64,000 bases of DNA from Neocallimastix sp. 'constans' (GCA_050613775.1 JBODTK010000122.1:124001-188000), one strand, 5' to 3'. Positions 27,294 through 41,480 are shown, numbered from the stretch's first letter. Notes: generated from the sequence alone by a model not told the origin. Program-made: numbers and translations.

Positions 27294-29900
27294 ATGAATT
27301 TCACATTTAATTTTATTTTTATTGGTTTTATTAATATTTTTATACTTTTATCAAATAAAGTATATGCTGAAAATGTAACCATTAATATTTTAATGGGTAA
27401 ACCAGATGCTCTTAATGAAGCTAAATGGAATAATTATATTACTTATTTGGATCAAAATGATATACTTGTAAATAGTAAAACTGGGGCTAATAATGTTAAA
27501 ATTCACTTTTCCTATGATACTAAAGAACCAATTCCAAATAACAGTAAGGAAAAATACGTCGAAGTTATGAAAAATATGCTTAAATCTATAGGAAGTGATT
27601 CATATGATATGTTTATTTTTGATGAAAAATTTTTATATAGTGATGCTCCAAATATTCAAAGTGAATTTATTAGAAGTACGATTGAATCAAATTTACCACA
27701 AGGAAATTTTGTTGATTTGACCAGTGATATTAGCAAAGAAGATTTAAGCCATCACAGTGAAGATCTTTTGAATAAAAGTTATTTAAATGGTCATTTATAT
27801 GCATTACCTTTTGAATTAGATTTTGATTTATTATATTATCCAAATAATATTAATTTATCAAAATTAGATTTGGAAACCTTAAGTTGGGAAGAAATAATAG
27901 ATAAGAATATAGGAAATGGTAAAAGTACATTAAGTGTTGCTTTCGGTGAGAAAGATGAATTATTAGATTTATTTATTGAATACACTGAAACAAAGTATGA
28001 TAATTTCTACAATAATGAAAATGACCATTTTGATTTATTTTATGGTGAAAAATCAACTGAATTATTTAATTCCTTTAAAGAATTTATCAAAAAATCATCT
28101 GGAAAAGATATTAAAGAGTATTTAAGTACAACTTACATTGATGCTTATAATTCTGTTTTTTCTAAGAATGAAGGTGCTATTTTTAAGGGAAAGGCGTCTA
28201 ATTATAATTCTATTGCTCAACTCAATAATGCAAATCAAGCTGTGTCCATTTTAGCATCATTACCACCTAAAAATTATGATGTTACAAATGCTAAATTTAT
28301 TGTTATTAACAAGAAATCTAAAATCGATAAGAATTTACTCATTGAAACTGCGAAGACACTTACTTCCAGAGAAATGCAATTACAAAGATCAGAAATGATT
28401 GGTAGTATTCCGACTTTTAATTTTAAATCAAATAATGAAGATTATTGTAAAACTAATAGTAGTGAAATTTGTGAATTTATTAAAAAAATAAAACCTGTTG
28501 ATATCAAGAAGGTTTTTGATAGTCGTGAATCTACTTCATTTATGGAAGTTCGTTCGACTGTTCCAGAAGTTTTATTAAAATTTATTCTTGATGAATATAA
28601 CGTTAAATATGTAACAAACGTATTTTCCAATATTAAGTTTTTAATTTTAGATAAACCTGAAAATTGGGGATATTTAGTATTTGGAACCTATCTTCCATTT
28701 GTTTTATCTTTTGCGTTTATTTCAACTATGATGTATTATACTTATAAATTCAGAAACAGTCCACACATTAAATATCTTTCTCCAGGTTTCTGTATTATTA
28801 TTTTGGTTGGTTTAGTTATGAATTCTAGTATTCCATTTGTTCATACCTTCATTAAAAATAATGCTTTAGCCCAATTCAATTATGTATATGATACTATCAA
28901 TACAATATTATTCTTTTTACCAATGCTTTTTGTAACTTATCGTATTTACTCAATTTACAATAATACTACAAATTATAATTTAGGTGAAAAGTTAAATAAC
29001 AAAAGTTTATATACATTATTTGGTATTATCTTTACAATTTGGACTGGTTATTCTATCTTGGTTTGTATATTTACGGATGTATATGTAGAAGTAGGAGGTG
29101 ATATCCTTGACTGTCGTAGAACTTACTATAATTTTGTTTTTGATAATGAGGAAAGAATTATTTATCGTATTTATTACATATTATGTATTGTTCTTACTTG
29201 TATAATGGTTGCTAGATTGGGTATTGTTAAAAAGCGTTATGGTGAATTCAAATTTGCTTATATGATGATATTTGCTCTCATTTTTGAACATATTAATGCT
29301 TTTGTTGTTTTCCTTTTAGAAGATGATAGTACTTTAAGTTTCTTTGGTTCTAACTTATTACTTACATTGGTTTACACTTCATTTGCATATACTTTACTTG
29401 GAAATAAACTTATTTATTTAATAAGACATCCAGAAGAAGCAAATACTACTAGAAATAAGATTACCTGTTACGATTTTTCATCGGATACATTCCAATATGT
29501 TGGTAATTCTTATACCTTTAAAGGTAGTAATAATTCTAAGTTTAATAGTGATAAGAGTAGAACCAACAAATCTCAATTGAGCTCATTTAATGGTGATACA
29601 AATAGCGGAATAAATATGTCTTATAATAATCCAAATAGTTCAGCTACTTATAAAAATTCAAATAGTTCAATGTATAACGCTAATAATTCCATTTTCAATA
29701 ATTTGAGTAATTCCATATATAATAATCAAAGTAATGCTATATATAATGGTCAAGGTATTTCTTTAATGAATAAAAATTATGAAAATCCCAATGTAACTAC
29801 TTCAATGTTCGGCAATCGTCAAAATAATTTGTTTAATAACAATAGTGAACAAAAAGACTCCGATTTTTATAGATCACAACTTATTAACAACTTAAAGTAA
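27294..29900 (+). CDS. Class C-like 7TM receptor with an N-terminal solute (sugar)-binding-protein domain; intronless, 868 aa, Asn/Ser-rich cytoplasmic tail
   Basis: First ATG (AAAATG) at 27294 gives a signal peptide MNFTFNF..NKVYA. Motifs FVDLTSDI, NGHLYALPFELDFDLLYY, LTSREMQ, GSIPT, IKYLSPGFC, TYRIYSIY, YGEFKFAY. Clear paralogue of the gene at 17920. Confidence 0.92.
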   Translation: MNFTFNFIFIGFINIFILLSNKVYAENVTINILMGKPDALNEAKWNNYITYLDQNDILVNSKTGANNVKIHFSYDTKEPIPNNSKEKYVEVMKNMLKSIGSDSYDMFIFDEKFLYSDAPNIQSEFIRSTIESNLPQGNFVDLTSDISKEDLSHHSEDLLNKSYLNGHLYALPFELDFDLLYYPNNINLSKLDLETLSWEEIIDKNIGNGKSTLSVAFGEKDELLDLFIEYTETKYDNFYNNENDHFDLFYGEKSTELFNSFKEFIKKSSGKDIKEYLSTTYIDAYNSVFSKNEGAIFKGKASNYNSIAQLNNANQAVSILASLPPKNYDVTNAKFIVINKKSKIDKNLLIETAKTLTSREMQLQRSEMIGSIPTFNFKSNNEDYCKTNSSEICEFIKKIKPVDIKKVFDSRESTSFMEVRSTVPEVLLKFILDEYNVKYVTNVFSNIKFLILDKPENWGYLVFGTYLPFVLSFAFISTMMYYTYKFRNSPHIKYLSPGFCIIILVGLVMNSSIPFVHTFIKNNALAQFNYVYDTINTILFFLPMLFVTYRIYSIYNNTTNYNLGEKLNNKSLYTLFGIIFTIWTGYSILVCIFTDVYVEVGGDILDCRRTYYNFVFDNEERIIYRIYYILCIVLTCIMVARLGIVKKRYGEFKFAYMMIFALIFEHINAFVVFLLEDDSTLSFFGSNLLLTLVYTSFAYTLLGNKLIYLIRHPEEANTTRNKITCYDFSSDTFQYVGNSYTFKGSNNSKFNSDKSRTNKSQLSSFNGDTNSGINMSYNNPNSSATYKNSNSSMYNANNSIFNNLSNSIYNNQSNAIYNGQGISLMNKNYENPNVTTSMFGNRQNNLFNNNSEQKDSDFYRSQLINNLK

Positions 29901-30499
29901 ATAAATAATAAATAATAAATAAATAAATTATTATTAAATAAATCTTAAAATAAATATAATAAATAAATAAAATAAATTGATAAATAGATAAAAAATAGTA
30001 ATAAATTTATGATTTATTAAATAAAATAAATTTTTTATATTAATTATGAATAATTAATTAAAGATTACTTTATTAGTGCCTAGTAATTAATAAAATAAAT
30101 TTATTAATAAAAGAGTAAATAAATAAATAAATAAATGAATAAATGAGTAAATATAGATAAATAGAATTAAAAATACATAAATATAAAAAATAATAGAAAA
30201 ATAAATAAATAAATAAAAAATATATATACATATATAAATAATAAATAAGTAAATAAATTCATAAATTAATAAATAATTTATTATTTGGAATTGTAATTTA
30301 AATAAATTATATATAATTAAATAATTAATAAAAATATTATATAAGATCTTTATTTTTAAAAAAAATATTAGTAAAATTGAAATAATATATTTTAAAAATT
30401 TAAATATGAATATTAATCATTATAAAATAGTAAATTTATATTGATTTTACTTATTAGTACATGTTAATTATGTTTAATATATTGATAATGTATATGTTA

Positions 30500-31025
30500 A
30501 GCGGTGTGTTTTTATTATAGTATAATAATATATAAAGGGATGTGTTTTGTTTAATAACCTAATCATTCTTGATGAGATCTGCGGTTCTTTTTACAGAAAT
30601 TATACCAAGGGCTAGTGCTCGACAAGGATTACTATTCTGACAGTATAAGGGTAAACTAACCAGAAGCTTCAACTCTTAAAATGTAGTAAGACAGGCCAAC
30701 AGGACCAATGTCTATAATTGTCAATTCAAACTCTAATCCGTGATAAGAATTCTTTTAAACAGAAATTATATAATCCGAAAGTGAGGTTCATTGCATATGG
30801 ACTTTTTTTTTTTTTTTTTTTACTGTATTTATTTATACATTTTTTATTTTGAATATTACTTTAATTTAACAGTACTATTTAAAATAATATTATGTACAAT
30901 TTGGACTAATGATATTTATTTATTTTTTATTTTTCATTAATTTTGTGTTTTTTTTTTTTTTTTAAAAAAAAACACAAAATTAATGAAAAAAATATATATG
31001 TATTTAATAAATGAATAAATAAATA
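30500..31025 (+). mobile_element. 5'-truncated LINE-like 3' end, same family as 21351
   Basis: Decayed frame LMRSAVLFTEIIPRASARQGLLF*QYKGKLTRSFNS*NVVRQANRTN, then a 3' region shared with 21351-21725 and a (TAAA)n tail. Confidence 0.6.
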
Positions 31026-31466
31026 AATTAAGCTATTCAATAATTGCGGCCATAAAAAAAAGTTTTATTGATTGTTACAGTTTTATTGATTTTGCACAGA
31101 ATTAATATAATAGGCTTTAACATATTGCATTTTATCACATTTTTGTAATTTAATAATTTATTATTATTTTAACTTTTCGAATAAAAAGGATTAAACTCAA
31201 TTTAATAAAAAAGTGGCTTTTTTCTTTTAATATATAATTGATTAAATATTATATATCGGAAAAAAAATTTTTTTTATATATTTTATAGTTAATAAAATAA
31301 TTAATTAAAATAATTAAATTATTTAACTTTATAATTTAATAAATATATAAATTATTTTCTCCTAAAATTTTTTATTAGCCAAATTAATTTTTTTATGAAT
31401 AATAATAAGAATTTACCATTAAAGGTAAATTATATTTATTTAGAGTTATTAAGATTGTATTTAAAT

Positions 31467-31526
<60 letters not shown>

Positions 31527-31749
31527 GAAATGAAAAAATATTAAAAAAAAAGATTTTTATTAAAATATTATAATATAAAAAAATATTTAATATTTTGATA
31601 CATTAAAATAAAAATAAATATTTCTTTTATATCGTAAAACATTATGATATTACCATTCTGTTAATATTATCTTATTGATATTTAGTAAATAAAAATAATT
31701 AATAACTAATAATAATATAAAATGAAAAATAAAAAATGAATAATGAAAA

Positions 31750-31900
31750 AATAATAAATAATAAATAATAAATAATAAATAATAAATAATAAATAATAAA
31801 TAATAAATAATAAATAAATAATAAATAATAAATAAATAATAAATAATAAATAATAAATAATAAATAATAAATAATAAATAATAAATAATAAAATAATAAA
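31750..31900. repeat. (AATAAAT)n microsatellite
   Basis: Directly visible 7-bp period. Confidence 0.9.
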
Positions 31901-33299
31901 TAATTTATGAATCCTTTTAGTAATTTTTTAATAATTATTAAAAAATAAATAATAAATAATAGGAAATTTAAAATTAATATATGAATTCAATATTTAATTT
32001 AAATGAAAAACCGAAATTTAAAATTGTTACAATTAAAAAAAAAAGTTATATATATTCTTTTATTAACTTCTAAAAAAAAAAAAAAAAAAGGTTAATTAAA
32101 ACCCCAACTGAAACTGAAACTGAGAAAGATAGAGAGATAAAGATAATACTATAGAAAAACTTTTATATCAAAAAAAAAAAAAATTAATAATATTTAATTT
32201 ATTAATAAAAATATTTTAAACTATTTTTATTAACGATTTTTGTTTTTTGTATTTATTAATTCTTGCTATGGATTTGGAGATATAAATTTGGTCTATCTTT
32301 GTTGTATAACATTTTTTGTATAAACCAAAAAATGATTTTTTTATGTAGTACAATGTTTAAAATTTTGTGTAATACAGGAAAAATAAGATTTTAACACCTA
32401 AAACTTGTCACATGTATATAATATATAATAGAAATAAAAACTCTAATTACTAATAAATTTATTTTAATAAAGAAATGTAGTAAAAGCATAAATTTATGTA
32501 TTAATCTAGTTTTTATTGTATTTATATTAAAATTAATTTATATATTTTTATTATTTAGTTGAATAATTAATTAAAGTAAATCAATATTTATACTTCAATA
32601 TAGGAAAACTTTATTATAGTAAATAATTATAAAAGCGAAAAATACTAGAAATAGTTTAGTTCTCTATCCAAGAATAATACATATTAAATTATAGTAATTC
32701 TTGAAATCAAAGTATAAAATAAATATTAGTTTTAGGAATAAATGTTAGTTTACATTTTAAATTATGATATGTAAATGTAATTCTTCTAAATAAATAAATC
32801 TTAAATAAAATAATTTTTATAAAATACCTTAATAATTTCCCCCATTTAAAAAGAACAAACCTTAAAAGAACCGAATCTGAACTTTGAACTTTATCATATA
32901 CATAAGTGTATATAATAAAATATGTTTCTTCACAATAATAATAAATAGGTAAAAAAAATTATAGATGATTATAGTAATAATAAAAATAGATTGTTTTAGA
33001 TATAATAATAAATAGAAATAGATGATTATATAATAATAATAATAATAATAAGTAATAATAGATAATAATAAATAATATATATAGTTTTAGATATGATGAT
33101 AATAATATAGATGATTTTAATTATGATAATTATAAATAATAATTTTTTACGACAATCCTTAAAAAGAATATTTTATTGGATAAATGTTAATAGATAAATT
33201 AAATAAAATATTATCAAATTTTATTAAATTTATCTATTAATATATTTATATATATATATTTTTTTATTAAAAAAAATAAAAATATTTAAAAATAAAAAA

Positions 33300-33627
33300 A
33301 TGAAAATATGGAAATTTATTTTTTTTTAATGTATTATTTGCTTTAGAAGCAGGGATATTATTTGTTTATGGGTAAAATAAGTCAACTTATGAAAAATATA
33401 TAGCAGTAAATAAATTATTAGGAAAAGCTGTATTAAATAATTGTTGTTTATTAAAAGAAGTTACTTGTACAGATGGTCATATAACTAATATGTAAAATTT
33501 TAATATTTAAAAATTCATTTAAATATATATATGAAATAAAAAAATATTAAAATAAAATTATAAAAAGTATTATTATTTATAAATAGGTTATTATTATAAA
33601 TTTTTATTAAAAGCGTATGTTAAAATA

Positions 33628-33658
<31 letters not shown>

Positions 33659-33855
33659 TAGAATTAAAATTAATTAATAATTATAATGAAAAATAAAGGA
33701 TGAATATTTAGAATTAAAATTTCCAAGAGTTAGAACGTATTTTATTGGATAAGGTTATACTGATCTTGCTTTAAAGGGAAGTTTAGAGAATTCTCATCAA
33801 TAAAATATTATTGGGTAGTGATTACTAAATTTTCATGCCTAGTGAAGAAATAAAA
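33300..33855 (+). pseudogene. Decayed secreted or surface protein gene, possibly the N-terminus of an LRR protein
   Basis: Frameshifted signal-like start, then AVNKLLGKAVLNNCCLLKEVTCTDGHITN followed by a GT donor, resembling an LRR N-cap. A later fragment reads FQELERIFI. Several stops. Confidence 0.4.
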
Positions 33856-34039
33856 TAAAATAAAATTAAATTAAAATTCATATTTATTTACATATATAGA
33901 AATTATATATAAATATTTAAAAAGAAAAAAAGAAAAAAATACAATTAAAATTTTAATTAATAAAAATTATATTGAGAATTGTGAAATATTTAAAATTCAT
34001 ATTTATTTACATATATAGAAATTATATAAATTTTTTTTT

Positions 34040-34073
<34 letters not shown>

Positions 34074-35728
34074 ACAATTTTAATTAATAGTAATGAGAAT
34101 TAAACAATGAATATTTTCATTAAAATAAATAATTAAATCGATAAATAAATATTATATAAATTTAATATAAAATAAATTAAATTAATAGGAAAAAATATCT
34201 TAAAGACATAATGAAATAATAATAAAAATATATTTAAAGGAAGAATATCTATAACAATATTAAGTTATTGTAATCGGTTAAAAGCATTAAAATGATTAAA
34301 AACTTAAGACATTACATATAAATTAATATCATAAAATTTACAGTTTAATTATTATAAATAAGTTAAATTGTTAAATAATTAAGTTTAAATATATAAATTC
34401 TAAACATAAATAATGAATGCTATTTAAATGATTTCTTAATATATATATATTAAATCAATATTTAATGAAATAACTGAAAAGATAATAATTATGAAATTAT
34501 CATATTTTAATTTAATTAATGCCATATTTTTAATAATATTGAATAAAATAATCTCAAAAAATGAGATTATTTACTAATATCAAAAAAATATTAAGGAATA
34601 AATAACTATTTCAATGTTAAAAACTTTAAAATTTGAAATCAGTTATAATAATAAATCAGTAATAAAGCTGATATTACTTATATTTAATATATATATATAT
34701 ATTAAATATAAAGATAACTGAAATAATGTATATGCGAATTTATTAACTAGTATCAAAAGAAAATTAATAAATAAAAAATCATTACTATAATATTAAAGAC
34801 TTCATAATATGAAATCTGTTCTAATAAATAAATCAATAGTAAAATTAATATAATAATATATATAAATTATAATTTTTATATATAATTTATACGAAATATA
34901 AAATACAACCAAAAAAAAAAAAAAAAAAAGAAATATAAATTAATTTATTATAATATTAATTATTTTATTATTATCTCATTAATTTAAATTTTTATTTAAA
35001 ATTTTATTCGATTTTGATAATTCTTAACAATAATAGTTATAAGATTCATTGATTATTGTGAATGCTTGTATAATTAAATAAATAAATTGATATTTTAATT
35101 AATATTAGTTTATTTATAATATTTAATAATATTTTATATGATTAAAATTTCAAAAAAAAAAAAAAAAATAAATAAATATTTTTTATCCCGATATGGTTTT
35201 TTTTTTTTTTTTTTATATATTTATATTAATTTTTTTTATATAATACTTTATGGTTTAAGAAAGAAAAAATGACTTTATTAAATGTGATATTGGTAAATAA
35301 TATTTAATTTTTTTTTAATTTTTAATTTATATTATTTTTCAATTTATTATATTTGCAGTTATTTTTGGAAGAACGAAATATAAAACAAAATTTCAATGAT
35401 CTTAAATCATGATTATTAATTATGCAATTATTATTATGTATATTTCGTATTTAAATAACCCATTATTGTTTTAATATATTTGTTATATATATTTCTTTTT
35501 AAAAATATATGTATATTTATTATTTATCATAAAAGTTATTGTGATATTATTGAAATGTAATTGAAATTAAAAATATTTAAGATTATTATTATATATAAAA
35601 TTAATTTAAATAATGATATGAAAATAAAAAAAAAAAATTATTATCAATGAAATTAAAAGAGATTTATTTTAATGAAATGAATGATGAACGTTATTTCAAT
35701 TATTTGATCAATTTTCAACAACCATATA

Positions 35729-36337
35729 TGCTCAAATGATGAGTATTGTATATACAAAGGATTCTGTGATATGATCAAGGCTTATTGCAGAAGCGGTTGT
35801 CAGAGCGAATTCGTAAGTATGGATTATCTGCTGCATTGGAAAATGCCGAAATCAAAATGATTCTACAGTTTTTAAGAATAAATAATGCTTATCATCACAA
35901 AAGAACTTTGTCAAGAAACCATTGATAAAAACCTGTCTTGATGCCGATAACTTCCAATGGATAGTGTATTCTTCATCAAAGTGGTGTATGGATCTCTTGG
36001 ATGCAGAGAATGGCAAGATAAAAGTAGGAGATTTCATTGACAATTCTATTTTTGCTCACTGCTGATGGATTAATATCAAATCACCATTGTCTCCAGACGA
36101 AAGCTGGTCTCCGTCGATGTCGCAAAAATCGATCATGGAACAATTATCATAAGTGATACTCTTAATCCATCTTCGATCATCAAATATGTTAAGGCTTACA
36201 AATCTATTGTTTCTTCATTTGATTCGGGTAAGAGTCTTGGAAACATGAACTCAAATTTGAACGAATCTCGTTTAACCATGAATGCTTGTGATAATAGTGA
36301 ACCAGATCAAAAATGGGTGGCTCGTATGGCATTTTAA
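35729..36337 (+). pseudogene. Pseudogene with a CBM18 (hevein-type chitin-binding) domain and a ricin-B-like (QxW) lectin domain
   Basis: CSNDEYCIYKGFCDMIKAYCRSGCQSEF resembles CBM18. Downstream fragments TCLDADNFQW and RLTMNACDNSEPDQKW resemble ricin-B repeats. Internal stops and frameshifts; GC is higher than the flanks. Confidence 0.65.
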
Positions 36338-37149
36338 AAGGTAGTAAATAATTAGCACTAATAAAAGTTAAGCTTTACTAATGACTATGTTACAAATACA
36401 ATCGTTAATTATTATGTAATATTAGTTAGAATAAATATATAATGCTTATAATCTACATAATACTATATTATATATCAAACTTTTATACAATGCAATCTGT
36501 GTAAGAATGCATGCAAATAATATTAATAATTAACAAAATTACAAAGTAAATATAGACACAATAGATGTGTATAATTATAGAAGTAACGAATAAAGTTTAT
36601 TATTAGATATGATTATATTTTAGTCATTGTATATATTTATATATAACAACTATATTATTTACTTAAAAGCATTTAACATCTTATATTATCAAATTAAAAA
36701 AAATAAAATAAGTAAATAAATAACAAATAAATGAAAAAAATAAAAAAAATAAAAAATAAAAATAAAAATAGACGAATAAGTAAAATAATAACAAATAAAT
36801 AAAAGAAAAGAATAATAAAAATAAATAAAATTTTTAGTAAAACAAGAAAATGAAAGTAATACGCATTTTTTTAAAAAGAAATCTTCAAAAAAAAATTTTT
36901 TTTTTTATTTAAATAGAATATTGAAACATATTTTGATACAAAGATTTAATAAAGAATCAATCAATCATTAATAGTAATAATTTAATATAAATAAATGAAT
37001 TTTAACAATTTTGTTTTAAAAGTGAAATAAATATTACTAGAAGGATATTATTTTATTAGCTAATTCAACATATAATAATATTTGTCAAATAAAATAATCT
37101 ATATTATTATTTAAGTTATTAAAATTCTTTATTCCATTATTTATTATTT

Positions 37150-37350
37150 AAATTTTATATTTGGTGAAGCTTTGGATGTAACAATATTCTATTAATTATT
37201 ATAATAAAATTAGGTATAATTTAAATGTATTCAATCTTTTGAATGTACCTTTCTAGAAATCTATCTTAATTATTGAATTTTAATATATTTTTTATCTGTT
37301 AATATATTTAGGTTATTGTTTCATATAATTTATACTTTTCTATATATTTC
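37150..37350. repeat. Dispersed diverged repeat; second copy at ~42048-42235
   Basis: Both copies run TTTGGTGAAG..TGTAACA..TCTTAATTATTGAATTTTAATATATTT..TATTTAGGTTATTGTTTCATATAATTTA. Confidence 0.75.
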
Positions 37351-37809
37351 ATAAATTTCCACATAAATTTATTATAATATTGTATTTTATTTTCATATTG
37401 TTACATTTAATTTATACTATCTTTTATATATTTATCTTTTGATATATCACATTGAATTTATATGTTTGTAAATAATATTAATTTAAATAAAAGGATTTAA
37501 CAGTATTTAAATACATAATATGAATTAAATAATTATCTCATTAATTTTAATTTATCATACTTATTAAAATTACTTAGTTTAGATTTATCAAATTTCATAT
37601 ATATAATTTTATTTAGTATTCAAAAAGATATACATAACCAGATATTTCTTGTATGGATAAAATCTACTATGTGTTTATAAAACTTTAAATGTATCAATAT
37701 TTGCAAAACAACATAAATTGAAATAATATACTAAATATTGTTTAATAAAGTTTATTCCAAGTATAAAAAAAAAAGAAAAGTGCAAGAATATAAAATTATA
37801 TGTTCTGTA

Positions 37810-38900
37810 TAAAGTAGAGCGAAATCTTTTAAGTGATAATTTAATAAATATTATAGATAATGGATTCAAAGGCATATCCACAATATTATCCAGATTTTAA
37901 TGTCTGTCGGAGTTCAAACGCCCTTTCATAAATGCTATATTAAGAATTCTTATTTATACGACCTTCGTCAAAGGAATTATTTAAACTTGGTTTTTTTGAA
38001 TTTCCATTTATGCTAAAGGTTTCAGTGGTTATTACGAACACACTTTGTTTACAGAATAGATTGTAAATTTATAAACCTGCTAAATTAGTAATCTACTTAT
38101 CCTGATCCTTATCCTAGTTGTAATAATACAAATAGTGATTAAAATTATGAGCATTGGCTTATGAATTGTTCATCTTTCAATGATTATAAAAAATTTTTTT
38201 AAATAATTTAGATGATCTTCTTTCTTTTTTTAAAATTTTAGTATTAAAGAATTTTATAATGAAAAATATTGGTAATGTCAATAACAAAATTAATGAATCT
38301 GATAATATTAACAGCAATAGTAATTACAATAATAATAATAGTATTTAGTAATAATAAAAATAATGATGTACATAGTATTGATGATTCAGATGAAAATAAT
38401 ATATATGTTGCTGTGGATAAAATAATTTTAATGATAGTAGTATTGATGAAATAATAATAGAGTAATGGTAGTGAATTCAACTAATATTAGGTCTGACAAT
38501 AATGGATCTGAAAGTAGTAGTTCTAAAATTTTTCCTACTTAGAGGAAGATACATGTATAATAATAATAATATCATATTTTTAGACTAAGAATAAACTTTA
38601 TTTAATAATATTTAATAATAATAACAGATTAACTAAATAAACAAATTTGTGTAGTAACAGATTAAATCTGCTAACTCTTCAGATTTACTATTTCTTTCAA
38701 AGATTAGGGATTTCTTTAACACTGTGATTTCTGTTGTTTCTATTTAAATGGTTACTATGCATTAAGCACTTAAATAAAAAATTTCCAAGGCCACTGACAT
38801 TAATATTACAGACTAATAGTGTCAAAAGCGTTCATATTCGTGGATTTGCTCATGCTACAGAAAGGACTCGAAATTCCTCTTCTGAAAGTCAAATAGTTAA
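37810..38900 (+). mobile_element. Decayed non-LTR retrotransposon (LINE) ORF2 C-terminal region
   Basis: Fragments FPFYAKGF/WLLRT and PSCNNTNSD*NYEHWLMNCSSFNDYK resemble the C-terminal CCHC finger (..EH-x4-C) of LINE ORF2. An Asn/Asp-rich linker and a KSVHIRGFAH terminus follow. Confidence 0.55.
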
Positions 38901-39372
38901 ATTATTTAACAAAATTTAATCATTTTAAATAAGAAAATTTTGAAGAAAACATAATATTGTTTAAACATTATTATAATAACCATTTAGATAGATGAATAAA
39001 AATTGAATATTTTTATATAATTTTTGTTTTACAAGAACTATTGTAAATCCTATTCCATATCATTATGATTTATTACGGGATCCATTTATTAAAAAACTTA
39101 TATAATATATCATCAAATGATCATTCTTTGATACTTATTGCATTATATTCGAATGCAAAGTCTGTTTGTAAAGATATAAATAAAATTAAATATTTCATAA
39201 TAGAAGTTCTTCATCCCATCAATGAATATAATGAATTTAAAATAGTAAGTATATCTGAAGATTCGATAACTTGTTTTTATTATTCAACAATAAAAATTAA
39301 TTTCATAAAATTAATAATTATTATTAAAATTTAAATATTTGACTTCTTTATTTTATTTAATATAGTTTATTA

Positions 39373-39616
39373 TATTTTATTTTTTATTATCATTTTAATA
39401 AAAATGTAATGAAAACTATATTATTATCATAATTTTTATAAAATTTATATCAAAATTATAAAATAATGTTTCAATTTATAAATAATATAGGAATTAAATT
39501 TTATTATATTATTAATAAACATTATTTTATGCTATTTTTTTTAAATTTTATAAAAATTATGATAATAATATAGTTTTCATTACATTTTTATTAAAATGAT
39601 AATAAAAAATAAAATA
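39373..39616. repeat. Inverted repeat with arms of about 75 bp (MITE-like hairpin)
   Basis: TTTTTATTATCATTTTAATAAAAATGTAATGAAAACTATATTATTATCATAATTTTTATAAAA and its reverse complement at ~39545-39616, separated by ~95 bp. Confidence 0.8.
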
Positions 39617-39714
39617 CCATAAATAATGTTTTTATATATTATTGAATATACCTCTATGTTTACTTTAGAAAAGAAGAAGTATTGAAAATTATTGATAAAT
39701 GTTATATTAATTTT

Positions 39715-40135
39715 TATTGTAAAGATGATATATATGCCAATTCCATGTATGATTATACTGATTATTATATAGAAAAACTAGATTAAAATGAAAATATAAA
39801 GAAATATAATATACATATTTGATAACTTTAAATCAGGAAAATAAAAAAATATGAAATGCATTGATAATTTTTGTATGCCAATTGAATGAAATAATGATTC
39901 CGAATGCTTATTTAATAAATATATTGATAATTGTTGCACTTTTGATGATGAAAATACAGTTGTGTATTATGACGATATATATATATATATATAGGGAAAA
40001 GAAAAAAATAAATGAATTGAGGTAAGGCATATGGAAACACATATAGAAACATATGTAAGATTGACAAGGAATGTTCTACTACACATATGAAGTATAAATG
40101 GTTATTGTAATATTAAAACTAATGAACCTTGTTAT
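39715..40135 (+). pseudogene. Decayed Cys-rich protein gene
   Basis: Fragments KCIDNFC, NNDSECLFNKYIDNCCTFDDENTVVYYDDIY, CKIDKECST and NGYCNIKTNEPC, interrupted by stops and frameshifts. Confidence 0.45.
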
Positions 40136-41229
40136 AAAAACATCGATAATAGAAAAAAATATCTTATTAAATTATAATAATATTTTATTAAATATTTTAT
40201 TATATATTTTAGTTTTAAGCTTTTATTTTTTAAATTATTTACATAATATAATATTATTAAGAATTTAAATATATTTAATTTCTATTAAAGCCATTGATAT
40301 GAAAATGATTTGATTTTTAATATAACATTAAATATTTTTAAAGCAATAAAAACATTATAACTATCATGACACACCCGACTTATACTAAGCTACCATATTA
40401 AAACGGACCCATGCATATATAGGCATTTTTACAATTACTATTATTAAGTAATTCAATATTACATTTAGATTTAATATATTTATGATATAACTATTTCTTG
40501 TTACTATATCATAATTTCTCATATATATAAATAATATTATTATCGATTTACTAAATTTTAATATTATTATTAATATTATGAAGAAAATTAAATTAAACAT
40601 CACATTAATTCATATTATTATATTTGTACTAATACATTATAGTATTTATCTATACTTAAATCATACATGTAAATAATAATATAGAAAAATTGAATATTTC
40701 CAATAAGTACGATTCATTGTAGAAATTTACTAACATATATAATAATTGTTTAAATTACTTTAATTGTTTAAATACCTAAGTTTAATCTTTACATAATTAA
40801 GTGGAATAAATAAATAAATTTTAATATTATTAAAAACCTAAGAAAAAATAAGTGGAGAAATAGTTTAAACTTCCTCTAGATAAGGAAATTCATTAACTAA
40901 AACAAATGAAATAAACTATATAAAAATGATACCATAAATAGATCTAAATATACAAACACTAAATATTATAATTGTTATTAATATTCATAATATTATAAAA
41001 ATTTAGTTATTATAATGATGTCAAATTAATGATAATAATATAATTATTAAAATTGTGATTATTTATTTGTTTAGATATTGTATTAAATTAAATTTAATAT
41101 TTCTATTAATTTGAAGTTTATTTAAAACTTAGTTGCATTCTCTACTTTTGTTTAAAAATGTATATATCACAATTAATATTCATTATAATATATGTTAATA
41201 ATATGTTAATAATTTTGATAATTAAACTA

Positions 41230-41480
41230 GTTTTCTATATTTCTAACACTATAAGAATCCCATTGCGTAAGCCTTGTCTGAGAGGATTTACAGTGTCCAG
41301 CTCCTCTGGGATGGCAAGGACGCCACCTATAGTTGGCTCTGCTTTCCCTCGAGGATCGCGTAGGGTGCTTCTATATGGAGTTTCTTTGCTTATGGGGAGT
41401 TGAGAGCGTCGACGCCGTACCGGTATGGCAGTTAATCATACACCCATATTACTATATGGGGAAGACCAAAGTCTTCAGTC

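Noticed and set aside
21351..31025. Shared sequence downstream of both receptor genes as a conserved 3' regulatory element or ncRNA
   Set aside because: Both copies carry ORF2-like peptide remnants and (TAAA)n tails and differ in 5' extent, which fits independent truncated LINE insertions better.
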